From Dehalococcoidia bacterium (GTDB lineage Bacteria > Chloroflexota > Dehalococcoidia > UBA2979): a DNA stretch of 64,000 bases. Below are positions 30,974 to 39,918 of the stretch, piece after piece. Position 1 is the first letter of the stretch. Each line of letters starts with the position of its first letter. Below the pieces are notes generated by a model that did not search any database, was not told the origin of the DNA, and saw nothing but the letters and a program-made list of their open reading frames with translations. Made by a program: the position numbers and the translations under genes. Location: NCBI GenBank assembly GCA_963667465.2, contig CAXXDN010000001.1:768001-832000 (forward strand), read 5' to 3'.

Positions 30974-31233
30974 ATGGTCCTCCTTGCCGATGCCCGCCCC
31001 CGCGGGCGTGCGTGACCGAGTCCGACGCGAGGCTGCCGGGCAGGGCCGCACCGTGCAGTGCGGCGGGTGTCTCGCCGCTCCGGCCGGGAGCGCCGTTTCC
31101 CGCCTCGTACGGCGCTCAGTATACGTGCAGTGTCATACACGGCGGCGAGCCGGTCCGGCCGCGTCCCTCGGGCTCGGTGGGCACAGCAAAAGCGGGCCGG
31201 CATGCGGCCCGCTGTCACGGGGTGCGCGGAGCG

Positions 31234-31584
31234 TCAGGAGGCGGCGCTGTGGCCGTTCGTCTCGCCGTAGCCGTTCGCGACGCTCTCGATCAGATCCGGC
31301 GACTCGACCAGCGCCTCCACGGCGCGCCCAAGCCGCGAGTCGCGGACGACGATCACATCGGTGGTCGCGACGATGTCGCTGAACGGCACGTCCAGCTCGG
31401 CGGCGATGTTCAGGGCAGTGGAGAGCGGAACCTCGCGCTTGCCCGTCTCATAGTTCGAAAGTGATGCCTGGGTGATGCCGGCGCCCCGGGAGACGTCGGT
31501 CTGGGAACGGCCGGCCTTGTGACGGAGGGTCCGCAGCTGCTGGCCGAGCTTTGCCCGGTGTTCCAGGCTCCCTGACTTTCGCAT
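31234..31584 (-). CDS. XRE-family HTH transcriptional regulator
   Basis: LRTLR...SQTDVS...GITQASLSNYETGKRE; GGAGGAG RBS. Confidence 0.9.
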   Translation of the reverse strand: MRKSGSLEHRAKLGQQLRTLRHKAGRSQTDVSRGAGITQASLSNYETGKREVPLSTALNIAAELDVPFSDIVATTDVIVVRDSRLGRAVEALVESPDLIESVANGYGETNGHSAAS

Positions 31585-31735
31585 TTCGGGTCCCGCTCCT
31601 CCCCTTGCCGCCACGCTGTGGAAGTCCGTCGACTCCCGCGAATTCGGCGATTGTTCAATCTTGCACAATAGAGATTATCGAGCCCGGCCCCTTGGAGCAA
31701 CGGGCCCGGCGGCGCACCCGTGCGAACAGCCAGAA

Positions 31736-33088
31736 TCAGCCGCCGGAGCCGAGCAACCCCTCCGCTCGGAGCTCTGAGATCGCGACGTCGAAGGCGGCCA
31801 GCGTGTCCTCGATCTCGGCCTCGCCGTGCGTCGCCGAGACCATGCCGCCGGTGCCCATCAGGTCCACGCCGTGGTTGAGCAGCGCCTGCCGCAGCGGGAT
31901 TGCCAGCGCCGCGTCCACGCCTCGAGCCTCCTCGGCGGCGTCCCACTCCACGTCGGAGGGCCGCGGCGCGTCGTAGCCGAGGTTGAGATGCCACATCGAG
32001 GAGACCGCAAAGGCCGAGCCGGGCACGGCGCGGTCGGCGAAGAGCGCGTTGAGGCCGCGCACGAGCGCCGCCGTGGTTGCGTCGGCGCGCTCCGTCTGGC
32101 CGCCCGCCTCGATGATGCGGAGCGCGGCGATGCCCGCGGCGGCGGCGGGCGGCTGCGCGTTGTACGTGCCCTGGTGCGGCACGCGCAGGCGGCGGTTCCA
32201 GACCTCGTCGCCCGGGCGGAACTCGAGCATCGAGATCACGTCCTCACGGCCGGCCACGCAGCCGCCGGGCAGGCCGCCCGCGAGGATCTTCGCGTAGCTC
32301 GCGAGGTCGGCGGTGATGCCGAGGCGCTCCTGCGCACCGCCGGGGGCCATGCGGAAGCCGGTGATCACCTCGTCCATGATCAGCAGCGTCCCCGCCTGCT
32401 CGGTCAGCTCGCGCGCCGCCCGCAGGTAGTCCGGATCGAGCGGATGCAGTCCCCAGTGCGCGCCCGTCGGCTCGAGGATCAGTGCCGCCACGTCGCGAGG
32501 CGCGAGCGCCTGCTCGAGCGCGGCGACGTCTCCGGACGGCACGATCGTGAGGTCATCGTAGAAGCCGGGGGGCACGCCGGCCGCGCTGGCCCGCGTCTCG
32601 CTCTCGCGCAACTGGCCGACGGCGAGGTCGTGCCAGCCGTGGAAGTGATCGGCGAGCTTGATCACGCGGTTGCGGCCCGAAAAGGCGCGTGCGAGGCGCA
32701 GCGCCATCATCGTCGCTTCGGTGCCGGATGAGGTGAAGCGCACGCGCTCGGCGCAGGGCGACAGGCGCAGCACCAGCTCGGCCCACTCCAGCTCGCGCGC
32801 CTGCGAGGAGCCGAAGTGCGTACCGTCCTCGAGCGCCGCGCGGATCGCCGCCAGCACCTCGGGGTGGTTGTGCCCGAGCAACAGCGCCCCGTGTCCGCCG
32901 ATGTAGTCGACGTACTCGTGCCCGTCGACGTCCGTCTTGCGCGGCCCCTGCGCGCGCTCGACGTAGATCGGGAACGGCTCGAACGCGCGAATATCGTGCG
33001 TGACGCCGGAGGGGAATACGGAGGCAGCGCGCTCCGCCAGCTCCCGCGAGCCGGGGTGTCTGTCCTCGAAGGTCTGGAGGATGGTCAC
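31736..33088 (-). CDS. Class III aminotransferase (GSA-aminomutase-like)
   Basis: DVDGHEYVDY, RFTSSGTEA, DEVITGFR, AKILAGGLP, GTYNA. Confidence 0.9.
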   Translation of the reverse strand: MTILQTFEDRHPGSRELAERAASVFPSGVTHDIRAFEPFPIYVERAQGPRKTDVDGHEYVDYIGGHGALLLGHNHPEVLAAIRAALEDGTHFGSSQARELEWAELVLRLSPCAERVRFTSSGTEATMMALRLARAFSGRNRVIKLADHFHGWHDLAVGQLRESETRASAAGVPPGFYDDLTIVPSGDVAALEQALAPRDVAALILEPTGAHWGLHPLDPDYLRAARELTEQAGTLLIMDEVITGFRMAPGGAQERLGITADLASYAKILAGGLPGGCVAGREDVISMLEFRPGDEVWNRRLRVPHQGTYNAQPPAAAAGIAALRIIEAGGQTERADATTAALVRGLNALFADRAVPGSAFAVSSMWHLNLGYDAPRPSDVEWDAAEEARGVDAALAIPLRQALLNHGVDLMGTGGMVSATHGEAEIEDTLAAFDVAISELRAEGLLGSGG

Positions 33089-33114
33089 TGGTGGGGCCGG
33101 TCGGTGCTCCCTGG

Positions 33115-33984
33115 TTAGCGCCAGTTGTACGAGTCCCGGACCATCTGCTCAAGCGACCACATGTGCCCCAGGTCGCCGTTCCTGCCGATCAGCTCGCCGG
33201 GCAGGTCGGGGTTGAGATGCACCAGCCGATCGATTGCCGCGTTTCGCATTGCGGGCGCGGTCTCTGCGATCACCTTCCTCAGCCGCGCCGTCCCGAACTC
33301 GGCCGTCACCCCGAAAAAGCGACAGTCGTTGTTCTGCGCCCGCGCTGCGGGCATGTAGGCCCGAGCCTCGTCGATAATGTCGACGCGATCGTGGCGGTAC
33401 GTCCACCTGGTTGTGATCAGCGCGACGATGCGCGGGCCGCGTTGCGCCACGATGTCGATACGCGCGGCTTGGCTGCGGTTCCCAAAGTCCAAGCCGGGGA
33501 AGAGATCGTGGGGTGAGACTTCTTCCCGCACATCGAGGTCTGGATCGCCGAACATCGCGAGGGTCTCCGCGACGATTGAGCGGAAGGCATGGCCCCGGGG
33601 GTTCTGCGGCTGAAGTTCCACGATCTCAGGGTGCCGGAAGAACTGGCCCAGTTCCGCACACAGACCGTCTGGATCGGCATCGATCTCGGCAGCGATCCAC
33701 TCCTTAACGAGGAAGGCATCCGCCAACGCCCGGTTCGGGTCGCCTCGCCTTGTATGGCCGTAGTCGTTCTGCTCGCGCAGCACAGGCGCGTCGTAGAGCT
33801 CCGTCCAACCCGGTCCCCAGCCGCAGCGAGGGCAGCGCAAGGGGTTCCATACCTCGCACGTCATCAGCAGCATCGCGATCGCGAGCCACGACTGTTCAAG
33901 ATCCCAGCCGTGCTGGGTGAGCAGTTCGTTGTAGAGGTCGACTGCCAGTTCGGCGTGTGCATCGGATGTACCGTGCCTAGGCAC
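33115..33984 (-). CDS. Putative divergent type II restriction endonuclease (CCGG/NgoMIV-like family)
   Basis: GHAF, IDIV, RWTYRHDR..E, VTAE, ID..H parallel NgoMIV motifs as recalled; GTG start overlaps MTase end. Confidence 0.65.
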   Translation of the reverse strand: MPRHGTSDAHAELAVDLYNELLTQHGWDLEQSWLAIAMLLMTCEVWNPLRCPRCGWGPGWTELYDAPVLREQNDYGHTRRGDPNRALADAFLVKEWIAAEIDADPDGLCAELGQFFRHPEIVELQPQNPRGHAFRSIVAETLAMFGDPDLDVREEVSPHDLFPGLDFGNRSQAARIDIVAQRGPRIVALITTRWTYRHDRVDIIDEARAYMPAARAQNNDCRFFGVTAEFGTARLRKVIAETAPAMRNAAIDRLVHLNPDLPGELIGRNGDLGHMWSLEQMVRDSYNWR

Positions 33985-34996
33985 GAGTGGTCTCGTATGC
34001 GCCGGATTTGTCCAATAGCCGGTGCTGAGCGCGCAGCACAGCATGCCCATTGATTCGCCTGCCTGTGAGAGCCTCGCGAATGGCCACGCCGACTGCACAG
34101 GCGACGGGCGGAGGGAATGCGTTGCCGACTTGCCGGTACGCAGCTGTCTTGCGGCCCGCGAACATCCAGTCGTCCGGGAACCCCTGAAGGCGGGCGATCA
34201 TGCGCACGGTAAGCCGCGGGAGGACGTCCGGGTTGTGATCGGGCGGAGGTGGCGCATCAGCGAGGCCTAATCCGTCGACGCCGAGTGTGCGCCACTGTTT
34301 GCGCGCCCGCGTCGGACCGAGGTCAGGGCCGCCATGCTTCTTCGAGCCGCCCACAAGGGTGGGCGCGATCGAGTTGGCTCCCTTGGCCCATGCCGTTGCG
34401 CCGGGCCAGCCATCGGCAGCCATGAGATCCCGCAGGGTTTCCCCGACTGTGGGCGCTGCAGACGTTCCCTCCGGCCACGCGAAGCGCTTGGCGTGCTTCG
34501 GGCGCAGGGCTACGAGGACGAACCTCGGGCGCAACTGCGGCACACCGAAGTCCGACGAGGTGAGTAGACGCCAGTCTGGGTCGTAGCCGAGTTCGCGCAG
34601 TTCGCCGAAGAGCCAACTCCGGTATTGCTCAAAGCGCTTCGTTGCGAACCCACGCACGTTCTCCAGCATGACCGCTGCCGGACGCGATTCCCTGATCAGC
34701 CGCAGAGCCTCAGGGAACAGGTCGCGCTCGTCGTCTGCGCCCAACTGATCGCCGGCGATGGAGAATGGTGGGCAAGGAACACCCCCGGCCAGTAAGTCCA
34801 CGCCCCGGTACTCCTTGCCGTCGATTGCCGCCACGTCGTCCTCAATCACGTCCCACGACGGGCGGTTCCAGCGGAGGGTTGTGCATGCGTGCGGATCGTT
34901 GTCCACCGCCGCGGTGTGCTCCCATCCGGCGGCCTCCAGGCCGATGGCTTGCCCGCCTGCGCCGGCGCAGATCTCAAGGACGCTGAGTCGGCTCAC
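33977..34996 (-). CDS. dcm: C5 DNA cytosine methyltransferase (M.NgoMIV/M.NaeI-like)
   Basis: EICAGAGG, GGVPCPPFS, ENV, PQLRPR, TRD TLVGGSKKHGGPDLGPTR, YRQVGNA. Confidence 0.93.
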   Translation of the reverse strand: MSRLSVLEICAGAGGQAIGLEAAGWEHTAAVDNDPHACTTLRWNRPSWDVIEDDVAAIDGKEYRGVDLLAGGVPCPPFSIAGDQLGADDERDLFPEALRLIRESRPAAVMLENVRGFATKRFEQYRSWLFGELRELGYDPDWRLLTSSDFGVPQLRPRFVLVALRPKHAKRFAWPEGTSAAPTVGETLRDLMAADGWPGATAWAKGANSIAPTLVGGSKKHGGPDLGPTRARKQWRTLGVDGLGLADAPPPPDHNPDVLPRLTVRMIARLQGFPDDWMFAGRKTAAYRQVGNAFPPPVACAVGVAIREALTGRRINGHAVLRAQHRLLDKSGAYETTRA

Positions 34997-35418
34997 CGGC
35001 TCGCCCTCTCCGGTACCCCGCGCAGCCCCTCAAGTCGGCGCATGAGGCGCGAGGTGTCTCGCTCGAGCGTGCATTCCCTGATGGTGAACACGTCCCATTG
35101 CTCCTCTTCGAGGGAGTAGGCGTTGCGTTGGTCCCGGACCATGTTGCCCTCGATCTTCGGCCCCCAGTAGGAAGTGTTCTTGCGAGGCCGGCCTGCGCGT
35201 TCGCAGTCATGCCCGTGCCAGAAGCAGCCGTGGACGAAGACCGCGAGCCGGTAGCGGGGGAACACGAGGTCGGGGCGACCGGGGAGATCGCGTCGGTGCA
35301 GCCGGAAGCGGAATCCCGCCGCGTGGACGCGGCGGCGCACGTGCAGCTCAGGCTTGGTGTCCTTGCTCCGGATGGCCGCCATGTTGCGGCGGCGGCCCTC
35401 GGTCGGAGATTCTAGCAC
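34993..35418 (-). CDS. vsr: Very-short-patch repair endonuclease
   Basis: MAAIRSKDTKPE, LPGRPDLV, FVHGCFWHGH, N..RD. Confidence 0.93.
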   Translation of the reverse strand: MLESPTEGRRRNMAAIRSKDTKPELHVRRRVHAAGFRFRLHRRDLPGRPDLVFPRYRLAVFVHGCFWHGHDCERAGRPRKNTSYWGPKIEGNMVRDQRNAYSLEEEQWDVFTIRECTLERDTSRLMRRLEGLRGVPERASR

Positions 35419-35472
35419 AGACGTTCCGCTAGCGGGGGAGAGCCTTATCGTACGCCGCTCTGCCCTGCCGCT

Positions 35473-36264
35473 TCAATCGCCCACCCCGTCGATAAACGCC
35501 AGCACGGCGGCGTTCCAGGCTTCCGGGCGCTCGAAGTAGGCGGAGTGGCCGGCGCCCTCGACCTCGACGTAGCGGGAGCCGGGGGTCAGCTCGTGCGAGA
35601 TGCGGACCAGCTCGGCAGGCACCACGCGCTCTTCCGCGCCGGCGATCCAGAGCAGCGGCGCTCCGCTGTCGAGCAGCCGCTCGCGCGTCGAGCCCCGGTA
35701 GTTGCGCATCGCCGGCGGCGGCGCCAGGAAGTCGCGAGGGCGCGGCGGGTTGATCGAGCGGATACGGCGATAGAGCCACTCGAGGGCCGGCTCGCGCTTC
35801 CGGAAGTCCTCGGCGAGCGCGCGCTGCAGCAGGCTGCCGGAGAGCGCCCCCGAGGCCTGTAACTCGGCCTTGCGCTCGCGCAGCCGGTCGTCGACGCAGC
35901 CGGCGTTGGAGCCGGAGATGGTGAGGGAGCGGAAGCCGTCCGGCCTGTGCCGCATCAGCCCGATCGCCGTGCGCGCGCCCATCGAGTGCGCGACGAAGTG
36001 CACCGGGCCGAGGTCCAGCCGCTCGACGAGCGCATGGATGTCGTCGCCGAAGGCGGCGCGGCCGGGGCCGCCCGCGATGTCGGGAGAGCGGCCGAAGGCG
36101 CGGTGGTCGAAGGTGACGACGGAGTAGCGCTCGCTGAAGGCGGGGATCTGCCGCCACCAGGACATGGCGTTGCCGCCCGCGCCGTGCGCGAAGACGACGG
36201 GCGGGCCCTCGCCGTGGCGCTCGTAGTAGAGGTGGAAGCCGTCGTCGAGTTCGAGGTGCGGCAC
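35473..36264 (-). CDS. Alpha/beta hydrolase
   Basis: HGAGG oxyanion loop, AHSMG nucleophile elbow, AGH.AYFE. Confidence 0.88.
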   Translation of the reverse strand: MPHLELDDGFHLYYERHGEGPPVVFAHGAGGNAMSWWRQIPAFSERYSVVTFDHRAFGRSPDIAGGPGRAAFGDDIHALVERLDLGPVHFVAHSMGARTAIGLMRHRPDGFRSLTISGSNAGCVDDRLRERKAELQASGALSGSLLQRALAEDFRKREPALEWLYRRIRSINPPRPRDFLAPPPAMRNYRGSTRERLLDSGAPLLWIAGAEERVVPAELVRISHELTPGSRYVEVEGAGHSAYFERPEAWNAAVLAFIDGVGD

Positions 36265-36485
36265 GGTGCAGGTCCTCGGCTGCGGGTCACACGGTACAGG
36301 CGAGGCTGGTTGCTGTCCGCGCTCGGGAGGGAGGGGACCCATCCACGCGCCCTCCATGTGCGGGCTTCGCCCGGTGCCCCTGCTTGTGGGGGGCTGCGCC
36401 CCTCACAAGCAGCTACGCGGGCCAGCTCGGAGGGCGTTGTGCATTCGGAGCGGCGCTCGCGCGCCGTCCCACTCACCCCAACCCT

Positions 36486-36728
36486 AATGGGGTTCGACCG
36501 GACCCTGGAGCGATCTGGGAGACTGGTCTTGGACCGGCCGGCCGGTGAGCACTGCCCCTCCCCGAGACACTGCGATCTCCAGGGAGAGACCGTGCCCCGG
36601 CTGGTGCGTCCGGGTGGTCCACAGCACTCCTGGGGTGTCGTGCCCGAGAGCACTGGTCCATTAGGCCGTCGCAGGACCAGCCCGGCAGGTCGCAAACAGC
36701 AGCACGAAGCGCAGGAAAGCGAGGCACG
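36486..36728 (+). ncRNA. Putative IS110 bridge RNA (target- and donor-binding loops); exact ends unknown
   Basis: 36629-39 identical to right end 37964-74; 36658-64 is revcomp of left end 36484-90; 36582-88 is revcomp of target CTCTCCC; both loops enclose small hairpins. Confidence 0.8.
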
Positions 36729-37952
36729 ATGACCCTCTACGTCGGTGACGACTGGTCCGAAGACCACCACGATGTCCAGCTCATGAACGAGGCCGGCGAA
36801 CGGCTCGCCGCCAGGCGGCTGCCCGAGGGCGTCGCGGGCGTCGCCGTGCTGCACGAACTGGTTGCCGAGCACGCCTCAGACCCGGGCGCGGTCGTGGTCG
36901 GCATCGAGACCGACCGCGGACCCTGGGTCACGGCCCTGCTCGCGGCCGGCTACCGCGTCTACGCGATCAACCCCCGCTCGGCGGCGCGCTACCGTGAGCG
37001 TCACCACCTGGGCGGCGCCAAGTCCGACGCCGCCGACGCGAAGCTGCTCGCCGACCTCGTGCGCACCGACCGCCACAACCACCGTCCGCTGGCCGGCGAC
37101 AGCGACGAGGCTGCCGCGGTGCGCATCCTCGCCCGCGCCCACCAGCAGCTGATCTGGGACCGCGTGCGCCAGACCAACCGGCTGCGCAACGCCCTCAGGG
37201 AGTATTTCCCGGCTGCCCTGCAGGCCTTCCCCAGCCTCGCGCACGGCGACGCCCTGGGCGTGCTGGCGCGGGCGAGCGAGCCGCGCGAGGCGGCGCGCCT
37301 GAGCACGTCGAAGATCCGCTCGGCGCTGCGCCGCGGCGGACGTCAGCGCAACCTCGAGCGGCGCGCCGCCGCGGTGCGCGACGCGCTGCGCTCCCCGCAA
37401 CTCGAGGCGCCGCCTGCCGTGAGCCGGGCGTTCGCCGCGAGCACCCGCGCGGCGGTCGCGCAGATCAGCGAGATCAACCGTCAGCTTACGGAGCTCGAGG
37501 CCGCGCTCACGAGCCATTTTGAGCAGCACCCGGACGCCGCAATCTACCGTTCCCTGCCCGGTCTCGGTGTCGTGCTCGGCGCCCGGGTGCTCGGCGAGTT
37601 CGGGGACGACCCCGAACGCTACGAGTCGGCGAAGTCCCGCAGGAACTACGCCGGCACCTCGCCGCTCACCGTAGCATCGGGCCGCAAGCGCAGCGTGCGC
37701 GCCCGCTTCGTGCGCAACCGCCGGCTCGCCGACGCCGTGGACCGCTGGGCGCTCTGCTCGCTGCAGGCGAGCCCCGGCTGCCATGACTTCTACCACCGCC
37801 GCCGCGCCGCGGGCGACCTCCACCACCAGGCGCTGCGCGCTCTCGGCAACCGCCTCGTCGGCTACCTCCACGGCTGCCTGAAGGCACGTCGCCCCTACGA
37901 CGAGGCCACCGCCTGGGCGCACCGCCACGACCGCGAACAGCTCGCCGCTTGA
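36729..37952 (+). CDS. IS110 DEDD recombinase/transposase
   Basis: VGDDWSEDHHD, GIET, INP, KSDAADA (DEDD), LPGLG, YAGTSP...SG Tnp-domain Ser. Confidence 0.96.
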   Translation: MTLYVGDDWSEDHHDVQLMNEAGERLAARRLPEGVAGVAVLHELVAEHASDPGAVVVGIETDRGPWVTALLAAGYRVYAINPRSAARYRERHHLGGAKSDAADAKLLADLVRTDRHNHRPLAGDSDEAAAVRILARAHQQLIWDRVRQTNRLRNALREYFPAALQAFPSLAHGDALGVLARASEPREAARLSTSKIRSALRRGGRQRNLERRAAAVRDALRSPQLEAPPAVSRAFAASTRAAVAQISEINRQLTELEAALTSHFEQHPDAAIYRSLPGLGVVLGARVLGEFGDDPERYESAKSRRNYAGTSPLTVASGRKRSVRARFVRNRRLADAVDRWALCSLQASPGCHDFYHRRRAAGDLHHQALRALGNRLVGYLHGCLKARRPYDEATAWAHRHDREQLAA

Positions 37953-37975
37953 CGCCTTAGCACCCTGGGGTGTCT
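37949..37975 (+). promoter_or_regulatory. -35 half (TTGACG) of a predicted IS110 circle-junction promoter
   Basis: Joining right end to left end gives TTGACG-N18-TCTAAT upstream of the non-coding region. Confidence 0.55.
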
Positions 37976-38038
37976 CTCCCGCCAGGGGCGAGGGGGCCGG
38001 ACCGCCGTCTCCCGCCAGGGGCGAGGGGGGCGGACCGC
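37975..38038. repeat. Tandem duplication (~33 bp x2) of the right half of the REP target
   Basis: TCTCCCGCCAGGGGCGAGGGGG(C/G)CGGACCGC at 37975 and 38008. Confidence 0.9.
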
Positions 38039-38043
38039 TCTGG

Positions 38044-38517
38044 CTAGTCCTCGTCCCAGGGGACGCCGGTGGCGTTGGCGACGACGTCGAGGATGTCTTC
38101 GATGTCGCCCCGTAGCTGCGGGTCGGGGTCGAGGGTGAGAGCGCGGCGGAGGATCTCGGTGGTGGCGGTGTAGAGGGTGGCGGCGTCCTGCGCGACGGGC
38201 TGGTGCGGCTGGCGCTGGCGCGGGTGATCGAGGGCGTGCGCGACGAACTCGCGGCACCAGCCGAGCGTGTAGAGGATCGCGGCGTCGCCGGGGCAGAGTG
38301 CGACGGCGCGCTCCAGCGCGCCGAGGCCGTCCGCGAAGCGCCGCTTGCGCGTGACCAGCGTGTTGCCGAGGTAAGCGTGCGCCTCGCAGAACTCCGGATC
38401 GAGTGCGACGGCCCCCTCGGCAGTAGCGAGGGCGGCGTCGATCTGGTCGTCGCTGTGCAGGCGCATCGCGCGGCGCAGCAGCGCGCGAGGGTCCTCGCCC
38501 TCGGCGCTGGTGGTCAC
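38044..38517 (-). CDS. TPR-repeat protein
   Basis: A..LDPEF.EAH.YLG, RAV.L.P.DA..LY.LG helical repeats. Confidence 0.75.
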   Translation of the reverse strand: MTTSAEGEDPRALLRRAMRLHSDDQIDAALATAEGAVALDPEFCEAHAYLGNTLVTRKRRFADGLGALERAVALCPGDAAILYTLGWCREFVAHALDHPRQRQPHQPVAQDAATLYTATTEILRRALTLDPDPQLRGDIEDILDVVANATGVPWDED

Positions 38518-38539
38518 GCGTTGTTGTCCGCCGCGCGGC

Positions 38540-39376
38540 TCAGGAGACGGCGTCGTAGTCCGCGATCACGCGGGCGTTGCGCTGCTCGTACTCGGGGCGC
38601 GTGTCCGGGTGGCTGAAGATGAACAGCCGGTTCGCACGCACGCCATCGATTGTGCGGCGGGCGACCTCGACCGGGTCCATCGCCGGATCGACCTCGACAA
38701 GTTCGTCGCGCTCTGCCATCCGTGCCTCTGCGGCGGGTGGCAGCTCGGCGGGCCCGCCCAGCTCCTCGGGGCGGTTGCGGGTGGCGGTGAAGATCTGCGT
38801 GTCGACGCCGCCGGGGCAGAGGACCGAGACGCCGATGCCATCCGGCTCCAACTCGCTGCGCAGCGTCTCCGCGAAGCCCACGACGGCGTACTTCGAGGAG
38901 ACGTAGACGCCGATCGGCGTCTCGTGGATCGGCCGCGTGCCGGCGATCGAGGCGGTGAACACGATGTGCCCCTCGCCGTCCTGCTCGCGCATCCGCGGCG
39001 CGAACGCGTTCGCGCAATGGATCGCGCCGTAGAGGTTCACGCCGAGCGTCCACTGCCAGTCCTCGATCGGCGTCTCGAGCAGCGGTGCGACCATCATCAC
39101 GCCGGCGTTGCTGCAGAGCAGGTTGACCTGGCCGAACTCCTCGTAGGCGCGGTCCGCCAGCTCGCCCACGGAGGCGGCGTCCGAGACGTCCGCGCGCAGG
39201 CCGATCGCCTCGCCGCCAAGCTCGCGAATCGAGTTCGCGACGCGGGCGGCCTGGTCCTCCTCGATGTCCGAGACGACGATGCGCATCCCGGCCTCGTGGC
39301 AGATGCGGGCGAACCCCTCGCCAATGCCGGAGCCGCCCCCGGTGATCACTGCGACGCGGCCTTCGAGTTGCTCCAT
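38540..39376 (-). CDS. SDR family oxidoreductase
   Basis: TGGGSGIG, NAGV, YVSSK. Confidence 0.93.
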   Translation of the reverse strand: MEQLEGRVAVITGGGSGIGEGFARICHEAGMRIVVSDIEEDQAARVANSIRELGGEAIGLRADVSDAASVGELADRAYEEFGQVNLLCSNAGVMMVAPLLETPIEDWQWTLGVNLYGAIHCANAFAPRMREQDGEGHIVFTASIAGTRPIHETPIGVYVSSKYAVVGFAETLRSELEPDGIGVSVLCPGGVDTQIFTATRNRPEELGGPAELPPAAEARMAERDELVEVDPAMDPVEVARRTIDGVRANRLFIFSHPDTRPEYEQRNARVIADYDAVS

Positions 39377-39407
39377 GACTTTGCTCCGTTCGCGCCCGGC
39401 GTGCGGG

Positions 39408-39797
39408 CTACAGCTCCCTGACGATCTCCTCGGCGGCGTCGCGGCAGAGCACCACCGCGGCGTCCTCCGTTGTGCTCGGGTTGACGATCTGATGCGGCGC
39501 GTTGGCGGGCACGTAGAGGAAGTCGCCGCTCTCGGCGCGGTGCTCCAGCGCGAGCGCGGGGCCGTGGCGCATCAGGACGGGGCCGGCGAGGACGAACATC
39601 GCCGTCTCGCAGTTGGTGTGGACGTGGGGGGTGCTCTCCATGCCCGGCGGGATGCGCTGGTGCGTCATGAAGACGTTGTGCGAGCCGCTCAGCTCTCCCG
39701 AGACGCCGAACTGGATGCTCATCCCGGAGCGGTGCCCGGACCACGGCGCCTCGGCCCCCCGCGTCAGCACGATCGGAGCGGGATTGGCCTCGGCCAT
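39408..39797 (-). CDS. Cupin-domain protein
   Basis: PHVH...ET.MFVL.G and GDFLYVPANAPHQ motifs. Confidence 0.88.
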   Translation of the reverse strand: MAEANPAPIVLTRGAEAPWSGHRSGMSIQFGVSGELSGSHNVFMTHQRIPPGMESTPHVHTNCETAMFVLAGPVLMRHGPALALEHRAESGDFLYVPANAPHQIVNPSTTEDAAVVLCRDAAEEIVREL

Positions 39798-39918
39798 CGT
39801 CGATCACCCTCCGGCGCGCAGCGCTCCGCGCGGGGCTCATCCTACCGCGCGAATCCCGCAAACGCCGCAGCACGGGCGACCCGCTCGAGGTTGACGAGCG
39901 CGCGCGGCGCTGCCTAGC

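Larger units (their letters stand above)
36484..37975 (+). mobile_element. IS110-family insertion sequence inserted into a REP-like repeat at a CT core
   Basis: CT at 36484-85 and 37974-75; removing the element restores CTCACCCCAACC-CT-CTCCCGCCAGGGGCGAGGG, matching the REP family; no long terminal inverted repeats seen. Confidence 0.9.
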
